Source: an uncultured Clostridia bacterium
GTDB taxonomy: Bacteria > Bacillota > Clostridia > TANB77 > CAG-508
DNA: 64,000 bases
Direction: 5' to 3'
Assembly: GCA_944391865.1 (NCBI GenBank)
Contig: CALXVD010000003.1
Coordinates: 6,375-70,374, forward strand
Made by a program: the position numbers and the translations under genes. The notes beneath the pieces were generated by a model that saw only the letters and a list, made by a program, of their open reading frames with translations, was not told the DNA's origin and searched no databases. This document shows positions 48,323-57,529 of the stretch, piece by piece. Each line of letters begins with the position of its first letter. The stretch's first letter is position 1.

Positions 48323-48679
48323 CTATTTTATAATATAATGATTTTCTATATTTAATTCTTCATTTAATTTTCTTTCGTATTCTTTTAATAATTCACGTTT
48401 CTTTGTAATGTTTTTTCTTCTTTGCATTTCTTTTTCAGCTTCTTCTTTAGTCTTAAAACAACTCTTACCCACATTTCTATTAAAATAAGAGCGACCTTTG
48501 TTGTCATGATAATACCAATGTCCAAAAGTACCACCAGTAAATTCTGCAAATGTTATTTCTATACGTTCTATATAGAGTTCTTTACTTTTTGAAAATTTTG
48601 TTACTCTATAAGCTATATCGCCTTTTTTAAGTAATTGTGTTTTATCGTCAACTTCTTTCATAAGAACTTCCTTCACCAC
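48323..48679 (-). CDS. Hypothetical protein
   Basis: 118 aa. Confidence 0.3.
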   Translation of the reverse strand: MVKEVLMKEVDDKTQLLKKGDIAYRVTKFSKSKELYIERIEITFAEFTGGTFGHWYYHDNKGRSYFNRNVGKSCFKTKEEAEKEMQRRKNITKKRELLKEYERKLNEELNIENHYIIK

Positions 48680-48787
48680 CTTCTATCATTTCGTCGTATA
48701 AAATTTCCTTTTCCACTTCTGTCATATATTCTGGGTCAATGTCATATAGAATTAAGTCCATAAACGGGTCCATTTTGTACACCTCCT

Positions 48788-49039
48788 TTATTTATACTTT
48801 TCAGTATATTTTTTATCAAGTGCTTCTAATTCTTCCATCAGACCGTCCCATTGTACTCGTCCTTCAAAAACTTCTACCAAACGCTTTAATGCTTCTTTTT
48901 GTAATTCATATGTTACTGGTTGGTCTGAAAATTTACCTTTTTTAAGCAAATCTTTTACTACTGTAATTATTTCATTTGGTGTCAAATCAACTATTTTCAT
49001 TTTTATAAACCTCCTTATTAATTTATAAACATTATACAC
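48788..49039 (-). CDS. Hypothetical small protein
   Basis: 83 aa. Confidence 0.25.
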   Translation of the reverse strand: MYNVYKLIRRFIKMKIVDLTPNEIITVVKDLLKKGKFSDQPVTYELQKEALKRLVEVFEGRVQWDGLMEELEALDKKYTEKYK

Positions 49040-49066
49040 AACAATTAATTAAAAGTCAAGTGTTTA

Positions 49067-49258
49067 TCATAAATTTTTTTCATTTTTTAATTTTAACAAT
49101 TCTAATAACTCTTCGTCTGTTATGAAGAATGGGTCATTATTACCTATTAATTCATATGATAAATTTGATATTAATTGTCCTAATCGCCAATTTGGGTGAT
49201 TATTCCAACATTTTTCTAATTCTATAGATATTTCTTTGATTCGTTTAGGATTTCTCAT
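49067..49258 (-). CDS. Hypothetical small protein
   Basis: 63 aa. Confidence 0.25.
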   Translation of the reverse strand: MRNPKRIKEISIELEKCWNNHPNWRLGQLISNLSYELIGNNDPFFITDEELLELLKLKNEKNL

Positions 49259-49260
49259 AT

Positions 49261-51225
49261 TTATACCTCTTTCTTTTTTCGTTTAGTTTTCTTTTCTGGT
49301 TTTATTCCTAAAAAATCATTGATGCGTTTTTGTGCTTCTTCTACATACCATTCATAATCTATATCATCTAATTCTCCTATTTTTTTACCTCTTATATCTT
49401 TATTATAAATAAGTACGTGTTCTGGTGTACCTTCAACTTTATCTAATACATCTGCATCTTTGGATTTTTTATGTTTGTATAAACCACCATTTTTAGGGTC
49501 TGTACTTGGGAAAATTCTATTCACCTTTTGTACTTCTACATCTCCATACTCACGTTTCCAAGTTGGAGTATCATACATATTACCCAGTTTTTTAATCATT
49601 TGATAGTCCGTAGCTAAATTTTCAGAATTACATATAGTACTTCTAATATCTTTACCTTCAATGAAATAATTTACTACTGCCTTTGCTAATATTGCTAATG
49701 TATCTTGTTCATTATCGTCATATTTTGTAACATATGCTCCCTTAACTTTTACTTTTCCATCACTATCTTTAAATACATAATTGTTAACGTCTTTTTCATA
49801 TAAATTATCAGCTACAGTTTTTTCTAAACTAAAACGCCAATCTTTTTCCCACTCAGCACATACTTTATCTATTAAATCTTCTGCGTCGTCTGTTAATAAT
49901 TCTAATGCAATACCGTCAGTATTTGATTGAATAAGTTTAAAATAACTTCCCTCTGAATTAATTTCTAATTCATTTCTTGCCCAAGCAGGTTTAGGTTTGC
50001 GTTTAACATCACGTAGTCTAAATACTAAGTCCATAAGTGATAATTGCCCTAGCATACACATTTTAGTATTATACTCAGGGTCATATAATTTTTTGAATTT
50101 ATCTTTCATACAACCAGAAGTTGTGTTCAATATAAGTTTATATCTAGCGGCCTGGTCTTTTAATTCTTTTTTCTCCTCTTTTGTTAAGCTAGGGTCATGA
50201 AGTTTTTTCTTAATATCCATACGAGTTTGAACCATTCCAGCAAAAGCTATACAACCATTTTTATCTACTTGCCTTGAAAGTAAATCCCACTTAGTTAATA
50301 TGTTTGGATATAGTGAAGATACATCTACCCATATAATTTTCTTTTTATCTTCTGGTCTACATATATAATTTTTAATACCACCATGCACACCACCTAAAGC
50401 AAAAGTATGTGTTACACCTAAAATATCTAAGTCCATACTTAATTTTTTCTTATCACATTTTTTAGTGTCCCATTTATGTTTTTCTAATTCCTTTAATGCT
50501 CCAATGAAAAAATCATAGATGGTTTTTAATTCTGGTACTTCCCAATTTACTGGTAAATCACATAATTGAAAATTTTTTCTTAATCTAGTATTCATTCCTT
50601 TATTCTGTGATAATAAAATAGCCTCTGTTAATTTCGCATTAGTCTTGCATATATAATTTATAGGCAATCCAAATTCTTTTACTAATAACATTTTAGTCCT
50701 AAAGCTATTTTTTCTTTGTTTAAATCTTTCTAATGTACCATATAAATCAGCTCTATTATATTTTTCAACATCTCTTTTTTCTTCCTCTGTTAGTGGTCTA
50801 TCTAAATCAAATGGTACAACACTTTCTACAATATCCATTCCCATGAAGCCCTCATTCTGTTTTAAAGACATAAAGCTACCATCACCCATAACATCATAAG
50901 ATAATATAGGAGAAGAATAGTAGTCAGTGATATTATGTTTTCCTAATACATTAAATACTGGTATGTCTGCGTCTTGTGCCCCAATAACAGAGTTACTGCA
51001 AGCATACACTTTGTCTGGAGTGGTTAATTTTCCAGACCAAATACCATGCAGCAAAATTTTATCATAATGTTCACAGTTATAACCAATCCAAATATTAGAT
51101 AGTTGTTTATTCGCTAAAGTTTTTATCTCTGGTATACTCCAAGTTTGTATTACTTCTCCTGTTTCTTCATTTAATACCCCTAACAAAGTATCATGTTTAA
51201 ATGTTTCAAAATCATATATAAGCAT
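49261..51225 (-). CDS. Family B DNA polymerase
   Basis: Exo I YDFETF, Exo II YNCEHYD, Exo III YNRADL, motif A DVSSLYPN, motif B KLILNTTSG, motif C SNTDG. Confidence 0.8.
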   Translation of the reverse strand: MLIYDFETFKHDTLLGVLNEETGEVIQTWSIPEIKTLANKQLSNIWIGYNCEHYDKILLHGIWSGKLTTPDKVYACSNSVIGAQDADIPVFNVLGKHNITDYYSSPILSYDVMGDGSFMSLKQNEGFMGMDIVESVVPFDLDRPLTEEEKRDVEKYNRADLYGTLERFKQRKNSFRTKMLLVKEFGLPINYICKTNAKLTEAILLSQNKGMNTRLRKNFQLCDLPVNWEVPELKTIYDFFIGALKELEKHKWDTKKCDKKKLSMDLDILGVTHTFALGGVHGGIKNYICRPEDKKKIIWVDVSSLYPNILTKWDLLSRQVDKNGCIAFAGMVQTRMDIKKKLHDPSLTKEEKKELKDQAARYKLILNTTSGCMKDKFKKLYDPEYNTKMCMLGQLSLMDLVFRLRDVKRKPKPAWARNELEINSEGSYFKLIQSNTDGIALELLTDDAEDLIDKVCAEWEKDWRFSLEKTVADNLYEKDVNNYVFKDSDGKVKVKGAYVTKYDDNEQDTLAILAKAVVNYFIEGKDIRSTICNSENLATDYQMIKKLGNMYDTPTWKREYGDVEVQKVNRIFPSTDPKNGGLYKHKKSKDADVLDKVEGTPEHVLIYNKDIRGKKIGELDDIDYEWYVEEAQKRINDFLGIKPEKKTKRKKKEV

Positions 51226-51241
51226 TAGTTAGTCCTCCTAT

Positions 51242-52354
51242 TTATATTTCTATTTTCTTACGTACAATCATTTCTCTAAATTGTTGTAATATCCATGTTT
51301 CCATTTGATAAATCCTTTGTTTTGAGAGGTCAAAATATTTTCCTATTTCAATATATGTATATTCACGGTTTTCGGGATTAAGTCCGTAACGCATTTCTAG
51401 AACTTTTTGATAACGTCGATATGATTCTTTGGTGATTGGAACATACTCTTCTAATTTTTTAAATAAAAATTTGACTATTTCACGTTTGTCTGATATTACA
51501 AGTGTTTCTGGATTAACACTTCCATCTTCATATTTCACATGAACATTATCCGCAGGATAAAGTTCTTCTTCTATGAATTTATCACTCATACGATAACGAC
51601 CCACGTCATTACATGAATATTGTAATTTTGAAATATAAGGTACTATATAATTATTCATTCTACTTAAAAAATTAGACACATGAAATCTATAAGAAGTAGA
51701 TGGTAATCTATTATAATCTACTATTAATGCTTTTAAATTAGTATCTTTGTCCTTATTTTCCCAACACCATGCCCACAACTCTTGTTTCCAATCTTCTTCA
51801 TAGTAATCAATTTTTAAATTGAATTCCTTAGAAACAGTTGGAGTAAATATCGCTATTAATTCGTCAATTATAATAGCTGCTCGTTCATTTAATGATAGTT
51901 CATAACTATGCTTTCTTTCAAAACCAGATTCTGTGTATTTCGGTTTTGTGATTTCTTTTCTTCCTTGCGCTTTTCCAGATTCACGAGATTGAAATTCTTG
52001 ATGTTTTATAGTAATCCATTTTCCTAATTCCTCAGTAGTTTTTTCTCCAGAAGCAACTTTTTTTGTCCATTCAAAAAACTCATTATTGAAATTAATAAGA
52101 AAATCATGATTAATTGTACCACGACGTTCTCTATTGAATACTATTTGACGAATTAAGTCATAAGTATGATGCCATGGTTGTTCTGAAAGTTTTATAGGGT
52201 ATTTCATGCCTTGCTTTTTAATTTTTTTAGGTTTAATCTCTAATTCGTATTCTTCCATTAATTCTAATATATCTTCATCATGAATGTGTGATTTTAGTCT
52301 TTCCCATATATCTTTATATTTATTCATAGACATTCTCTTTTCTATATACACCAA
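51242..52354 (-). CDS. Putative sigma-70-family-like transcription factor (region-4-like HTH at the C-terminus)
   Basis: YTYIEIGKYFDLSKQRIYQMETWILQQFREM resembles sigma region 4. Confidence 0.35.
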   Translation of the reverse strand: MVYIEKRMSMNKYKDIWERLKSHIHDEDILELMEEYELEIKPKKIKKQGMKYPIKLSEQPWHHTYDLIRQIVFNRERRGTINHDFLINFNNEFFEWTKKVASGEKTTEELGKWITIKHQEFQSRESGKAQGRKEITKPKYTESGFERKHSYELSLNERAAIIIDELIAIFTPTVSKEFNLKIDYYEEDWKQELWAWCWENKDKDTNLKALIVDYNRLPSTSYRFHVSNFLSRMNNYIVPYISKLQYSCNDVGRYRMSDKFIEEELYPADNVHVKYEDGSVNPETLVISDKREIVKFLFKKLEEYVPITKESYRRYQKVLEMRYGLNPENREYTYIEIGKYFDLSKQRIYQMETWILQQFREMIVRKKIEI

Positions 52355-52605
52355 AAGTTTAATATGATTTTATCGTTTAGTATATTTTGTAAATACTTTT
52401 TAAGAGTATGGTCATCTCCTGATATTAATTGTCTAACACCTCTGTATTGATTTATAATTTGAACTATTGAATTTTCTGTCATATCTGAATGATGTTCTAT
52501 ACTACCAATACTATTTGGTATTAAATTATATTTTTCATTCACCATATCGCATAAACTATCTACATTATTCGTCATTATTTCTGGTTTAATTCTTTTTCTA
52601 CCCAT
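52342..52605 (-). CDS. Hypothetical protein
   Basis: 87 aa. Confidence 0.25.
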   Translation of the reverse strand: MGRKRIKPEIMTNNVDSLCDMVNEKYNLIPNSIGSIEHHSDMTENSIVQIINQYRGVRQLISGDDHTLKKYLQNILNDKIILNFWCI

Positions 52606-52607
52606 AG

Positions 52608-52847
52608 TTATACATCCTTTCCGTATATTTCTGGACTGTTTAAATTTTTATCTACAAATTCTAACATAGCCATTATAACGTCTTCTCTTTTTGAATTAGA
52701 AGCATACAACATTCTTCTATCTTTTTTATCTCCAAATTCATAAGCTAATAATGTAAACCCCATTCCCTCTGGTAATTTCTTTTTAATGTCATTCATAATT
52801 TCTTGTAGCATATTATTTACTTGTTCTTCTTTTTCTGTCATTTTCAA
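52608..52847 (-). CDS. Hypothetical protein
   Basis: 79 aa. Confidence 0.25.
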   Translation of the reverse strand: MKMTEKEEQVNNMLQEIMNDIKKKLPEGMGFTLLAYEFGDKKDRRMLYASNSKREDVIMAMLEFVDKNLNSPEIYGKDV

Positions 52848-52860
52848 TACCTCCTTTTAT

Positions 52861-53196
52861 TTATAATCTATATCTTTTATCAAGCATATCTCTTGCAGCT
52901 CTATAAAAATTTCTAACTTGTTTCCACAAACGGTCTTTATATTCTTTTTCATTTTCAATACCTTCTGTTCTACCTATAAATTCTAATGGAGCTAACATTA
53001 AAAGTTCCATTGTTTCTTCTATTCCAAAACAAGTAGCAATGTCATCTATAAGACCATCTTTTGGACTTACTTTTATAATTATACTATTTTCATAATAGCT
53101 TCTTTCTAACGCTTCTTCGACACTTAATTCCTCTAAATCTTCTTCTTTTAACGGTTCTTTTATTATTTTTTTAATCTCTTTCTCTACCATCTTCAC
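52861..53196 (-). CDS. Hypothetical protein
   Basis: 111 aa. Confidence 0.25.
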   Translation of the reverse strand: MKMVEKEIKKIIKEPLKEEDLEELSVEEALERSYYENSIIIKVSPKDGLIDDIATCFGIEETMELLMLAPLEFIGRTEGIENEKEYKDRLWKQVRNFYRAARDMLDKRYRL

Positions 53197-54547
53197 CCTC
53201 CTGTGTTAATTCTACTATTGTAGTTTTACTTTTATTTTCATGTAATTGTCTTTCTGACATCCACTTTAAAAACTTTTCATAAGCTTCTTCTTTTGAAGTC
53301 GCATAAAATATACGTGTAAATGGTTTTCTAGTATTAAATATAGTAGAAATACTTTCTGTTGTTATTTGAAATCTTTTTTGAATACTATTTATTCTGTCGC
53401 CAGCCATTAATTGTTTTTCATTTGGGTCGGCTGTGTAAGCATCCCAAGCTTTTTTCATTTCTACTATTGTATTTGTTTGATATAATTTCTTCCAAAAGAA
53501 TATGGCTCCTTTTAATATTCTTCTCCAAGTCAAAAAGCCTTTGAATTTAATATCATCTGCTTCTTGAAATCCATTATACTCCCAATTATGTTGTAATTTC
53601 TTTTCTACAACATTTAACATATGTTCTAAATTCAATATAGTATCTTGATTTTCATCTTTTGCAACAGTCATAAGTATGTCTTTTAATTTATCTGTTGCAA
53701 CTAATACGTCTAATGTTTCCTTTAGACTTTCTTCTGATATAGTACAACCACATTCTCTTAATATAGCAATAAAACTCATTTGGTCTGATAATGGGTCAAA
53801 TTTTCTTAATGTCGGTTTTTGTACTTCTACTGGTTTAGGTTGCTCTACCTGTATAGGTTTTTCTACAATGTGAGCTATTGCTGGATTTTGTGTTGCTTTT
53901 ACTTCATAATAATTTTCAATCATTGGTATATTAGGTATAGGTATTTCGTCTATTACATTTATATTAGTAGTTTCTTCTTTTTTCTTTTTATTATGAGCTT
54001 CTGTATTTGCTACTTGCATATTATCTATTTTTCTTTTTTCTTCTTCTGGTAAATTAATATAAGGTATATACTCTCTATTACGATTTTTTGCATTTGATTT
54101 TCTAGTTCTACATTTAACACATATTCCCTGGGAAGTTATTGTTACATCTTCTTTCCCACAGTCTGGACATACTCCGATATTGGTTTTTCTCATTTTCTTT
54201 TTCTCCTTTTTCAATTCAATTTGTTTTAAATACTCAGGTTTAATGTATTGAGTAATAGGTAAAAATTTTTCTTTTACTTCCATTATAGTAATGGCTACTC
54301 CTGTACCTTTATTATATATAACTTCTACATTTCCATCTGTAATATAACCCATTTGTTTAGATTTTCTACATACATATAAACAGTGTAAATATAATGCGCT
54401 TTCTGGTATTAAATCATCTTTTCCATACCATTTACATGAGCTTTTCATAAGATTTTTAGTATTGTAAATATTATTCGAGGTATTTCTTTCTGATAATCGC
54501 TGTTGTGCGTGTCGTGTTAATTTTATTACTTTCGGTAGCTTTGTCAT
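53171..54547 (-). CDS. Early protein with a zinc ribbon
   Basis: CPDCGKEDVTITSQGICVKCRTRK. It is the first gene of the leftward early operon. RBS aaggagg. Confidence 0.35.
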   Translation of the reverse strand: MTKLPKVIKLTRHAQQRLSERNTSNNIYNTKNLMKSSCKWYGKDDLIPESALYLHCLYVCRKSKQMGYITDGNVEVIYNKGTGVAITIMEVKEKFLPITQYIKPEYLKQIELKKEKKKMRKTNIGVCPDCGKEDVTITSQGICVKCRTRKSNAKNRNREYIPYINLPEEEKRKIDNMQVANTEAHNKKKKEETTNINVIDEIPIPNIPMIENYYEVKATQNPAIAHIVEKPIQVEQPKPVEVQKPTLRKFDPLSDQMSFIAILRECGCTISEESLKETLDVLVATDKLKDILMTVAKDENQDTILNLEHMLNVVEKKLQHNWEYNGFQEADDIKFKGFLTWRRILKGAIFFWKKLYQTNTIVEMKKAWDAYTADPNEKQLMAGDRINSIQKRFQITTESISTIFNTRKPFTRIFYATSKEEAYEKFLKWMSERQLHENKSKTTIVELTQEGEDGRERD

Positions 54548-54599
54548 ATATTTTCTATCCTCCTTTCTTTAATGATTATTTATTAAATTAATTGGGAGA

Positions 54600-54650
54600 G
54601 GAAAATAAGGTGTTGTTTCATAAGTTAATTCCCACCTTATTCCTCATGAT
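54600..54650. promoter_or_regulatory. ~12-bp inverted repeat in the divergent control region (operator or leader hairpin)
   Basis: ggaaaataaggtg..(20 nt)..caccttattcc. Confidence 0.4.
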
Positions 54651-54689
54651 GGTATTGTGAAACGATAGATTTGCTCTATCACTTATTAA

Positions 54690-54720
54690 TATACAACAAT
54701 TTTAACAATAAGTCAATAGG
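54690..54720 (-). promoter_or_regulatory. Leftward early promoter
   Basis: On the minus strand: TTGACT-N17-TATATT. Confidence 0.5.
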
Positions 54721-54938
54721 TTTGTTGTCTTTTTCTTAAATAATATTTTTTTATAATAAAATCATCACGTACAAGTGTTTGTTTTTGTAAAAGTTTACAT
54801 AACTACAAACGCTGAAATATAGCTATGTTGCGAGTTTTAAGTAAGACAAGAAATATTTTGTTTAAATTTGATAAAAATCATTGTAATTTTTTTTGAAATG
54901 AGATATATTATATTAAAGTAAAAAAGGAGAAAATTAAA

Positions 54939-55607
54939 ATGAGAAATTATACAGACAGTGAGTTCTTTGGTTCACCATTCCGTGGTGTAACAAGTGTATT
55001 AAATGCAATATTCGGAAATAAATTTGAAAACTCAGGAATACCAGAACACGTTTTGAGAATGGCTGGTGAAAGAGGTACGGCAGTTCATAAATACATTGAA
55101 GACTGGCTTAACTGGTACGATGGAACAACAGGAAACGAACCCCATATAGGATTAGAATATGGAATTTATGAAACTGTTTGGAAGGAATGGTTAGATGAAA
55201 GAATTAATTGGGATATTAAACCATTATACACTGAACAGAAAATTATAAATAAAAAACTTGGAGTAAAAGGTATTATTGACTGTATTGCAGTAGTTAATGA
55301 TAAAATCTGTATGATAGACTGGAAAACAAGCAGTAATTTAGACGAATGGTCTACTAACTGTCAACTTCAATTATATTATATGATGTTACTAAAAGGTAAT
55401 AAAGAAGAAAAAGAAATAGCAAAGAAGATAGACGAATTAAGATGTTTAAGTTTAACAAAAACTGGTTATCGTTGGTTTAAGTTTGATATAGACAAAAAGA
55501 TAGGTAATTCTATATTGGAATTGTGGAATAAACATTTTAGAGAAATAGCAGAAGCGGAAAAAGTAAAAGAGAAAGCAAAAATATCAAGGGGACCAGTAAT
55601 ATTATAA
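54939..55607 (+). CDS. PD-(D/E)xK nuclease (YqaJ/lambda-exonuclease or Cas4-like fold)
   Basis: GTAVHKYIE...GIIDCIAVVNDKICMIDWKTS (D..E/D-x-K). Confidence 0.45.
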   Translation: MRNYTDSEFFGSPFRGVTSVLNAIFGNKFENSGIPEHVLRMAGERGTAVHKYIEDWLNWYDGTTGNEPHIGLEYGIYETVWKEWLDERINWDIKPLYTEQKIINKKLGVKGIIDCIAVVNDKICMIDWKTSSNLDEWSTNCQLQLYYMMLLKGNKEEKEIAKKIDELRCLSLTKTGYRWFKFDIDKKIGNSILELWNKHFREIAEAEKVKEKAKISRGPVIL

Positions 55608-55624
55608 AAAGGAGAGGTGCACAG

Positions 55625-57154
55625 ATGAGTAATCGTGTTTATAGTAGTACAAAACGTGACCCAACTGTAAACAAACATAGTAATCGAGAATTTACTAAAA
55701 GTGATTGTATAAAATGGTTAGATACATTAGAAGATGAAAGTGTTAATCTATGGATTTTAGACCCACCATATAATGTTTTAACTGGTAATATGACAAATAA
55801 AAATGGAGCGGCTGTATTTCATTCAAGATATACTGCGAAAGTGTCACCTAGTGAAAGTGATTTAGAAAAAGGAATTGTAACACCGAGATTTGAAGTAGCA
55901 ATTCCATGGGAAGAAAAACAAAAACTAGATGATTATAAGGAAACGTGTTATAAATGGTATTGTAAAGCTCATCAGAAACTATGTGATGATAGTTTTATGT
56001 TCATATTCTGGTCAATGAGATATTTATATTTAGCATATCAAATATTTGACGTAAATAGAGTTATCTTCTGGCAACAACCAAATATGATTAGTAGTATATC
56101 AGGAGATTTTTGTTATGATATAACACCTATTATAGTAATAAGAAAAGGAAATCCAAGACTTACTAAGGAAGCAGGATTATGGGATAAATCAAGTGTTTTA
56201 AATTTTACTAAACCTCAGGGAAACTATAAAAAAGATAAACTGACTCATCCTTGTTTTGTTGCAGGTACAAAAGTTTTCGTAAATAATAAATGGGAAAACA
56301 TTGAACAAGTTAAAGTAGGAGACATAACTCCTTATGGTGAAATTCAAGAACTTATGGTATCAAAAAGTAATAATATTTACGAATTAACTACTGAATTAGG
56401 GGTAACTAAAGTAACAGGTAATCACCCTTTATTAACGGTAGATAAGAAAGGAATAATTCAATGGAAACAAGTACAGAATTTAACGGAATCAGATTTAGTC
56501 TTACAAAGGCAGGATATTACAGAAGTACAACAAAACCAAGAAAGTTTATGCACGTTCTTGTGTGGGAATATTATAACGGACCAAAACCAGAAGGATATGA
56601 TATACACCATATTAACGGAATTAAAACCGATAATAGAATTGAAAACCTTGAACTTGTCGAACACGGACTACACAGCTTACATCACCACAGAACAAAAAAA
56701 GGATGGAAAATATGCAGTAAATGTAAACGAGAGCTTCCAGCAACAAGTGAATATTGGTATAAAGGCAGAGGATACTATCAAGGACCGTGTAGAGAGTGTA
56801 TATTGCAAGCCAGTAAAGATATTGAGTTTAAGAAAAGAAGAAATGCAAGAAGACGAGAACATAGACGTTTACAATCTATCAGTAAAAAACAATAATTTTT
56901 ATGATGTAGAAAATATAGGTATAGTACATAATTGTCAAAAACCTCAGGCACTACTTGAACATTTGGTATGGCTTAGCGACGCTGACCACGAAGGAAATGT
57001 TATTGGAGATTTCTTTGCAGGTTCAGGGTCCCTATTAAGAGCAGTGAACAAGGCGGATGTTATACTTTGTGATAAAAATGACGAATATTACGATAAATTC
57101 TTTGACGTAAACGTTACAGATGAGCGTGTTTATAGATGTAAGAAAATAGATTAA
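55625..57154 (+). CDS. N6A/N4C DNA methyltransferase (beta class) interrupted by an intein
   Basis: Motif IV DPPY at aa 46-49, motif I FAGSGS at aa 464-469. The extein junction THP|C..HN|CQKPQALLEHL reconstitutes an HPTQKP-type motif (HP-CQKP). Confidence 0.75.
   Translation: MSNRVYSSTKRDPTVNKHSNREFTKSDCIKWLDTLEDESVNLWILDPPYNVLTGNMTNKNGAAVFHSRYTAKVSPSESDLEKGIVTPRFEVAIPWEEKQKLDDYKETCYKWYCKAHQKLCDDSFMFIFWSMRYLYLAYQIFDVNRVIFWQQPNMISSISGDFCYDITPIIVIRKGNPRLTKEAGLWDKSSVLNFTKPQGNYKKDKLTHPCFVAGTKVFVNNKWENIEQVKVGDITPYGEIQELMVSKSNNIYELTTELGVTKVTGNHPLLTVDKKGIIQWKQVQNLTESDLVLQRQDITEVQQNQESLCTFLCGNIITDQNQKDMIYTILTELKPIIELKTLNLSNTDYTAYITTEQKKDGKYAVNVNESFQQQVNIGIKAEDTIKDRVESVYCKPVKILSLRKEEMQEDENIDVYNLSVKNNNFYDVENIGIVHNCQKPQALLEHLVWLSDADHEGNVIGDFFAGSGSLLRAVNKADVILCDKNDEYYDKFFDVNVTDERVYRCKKID
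56252..56932 (+). mobile_element. Intein (227 aa) in the methyltransferase
   Basis: Block A CFVAGTKV, block B VTGNHPLL, blocks F/G DVYNLSVKNNNFYDVENIGIVHN, and a +1 Cys. Confidence 0.7.
56461..56895 (+). CDS. HNH endonuclease ORF nested inside the intein in the +2 frame (not fused to the intein)
   Basis: FMHVLVWEYYNGPKPEGYDIHHINGIKTDNRIENLELVEHGLHSLHH plus a CxxC..CxxC zinc ribbon. It has its own ATG and an RBS (aagaaaggaataattca). Confidence 0.6.
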   Translation: METSTEFNGIRFSLTKAGYYRSTTKPRKFMHVLVWEYYNGPKPEGYDIHHINGIKTDNRIENLELVEHGLHSLHHHRTKKGWKICSKCKRELPATSEYWYKGRGYYQGPCRECILQASKDIEFKKRRNARRREHRRLQSISKKQ

Positions 57155-57199
57155 TATTTTAAAATATTTTTAGGTAGTTAGGAAGGTAGGTAGTTAGTT

Positions 57200-57529
57200 A
57201 TGGCATTAAAAATAACTAAATTAGATTTTGAATTAGGCGAAAATGATAAAATTCCAAATGGACTTTGGTTTTATGTAGCAGATTATGTGAAAAAAGGAAA
57301 TGATTCTTATGATAGAGCAAAAAGAAGATTTGCTGTTACAACATTAGTTTCAAGATTAAATGAAATCAGAGCTCGTGAAGATGTAGAGGAATCAGATTTT
57401 CGTCTTATTTTAATGGCTGAAATAAATCAAGTTTATAGCAAACGAAAAGAATTAACCCAATTTGAACAAGATATAATAAAATATATAGTCGAAATATTCA
57501 AAATATTAGTAAATGGGGGTGTGTTATAG
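57200..57529 (+). CDS. Hypothetical protein
   Basis: 109 aa. Confidence 0.3.
   Translation: MALKITKLDFELGENDKIPNGLWFYVADYVKKGNDSYDRAKRRFAVTTLVSRLNEIRAREDVEESDFRLILMAEINQVYSKRKELTQFEQDIIKYIVEIFKILVNGGVL

Noticed and set aside
53359-54052. Three small plus-strand ORFs inside the minus-strand gene 53171..54547
   Set aside because: They are antisense artefacts with F/Y/I-rich, low-complexity translations.
56677-56862. Minus-strand ORF inside the intein region
   Set aside because: It is antisense to two overlapping sense frames and has no RBS.
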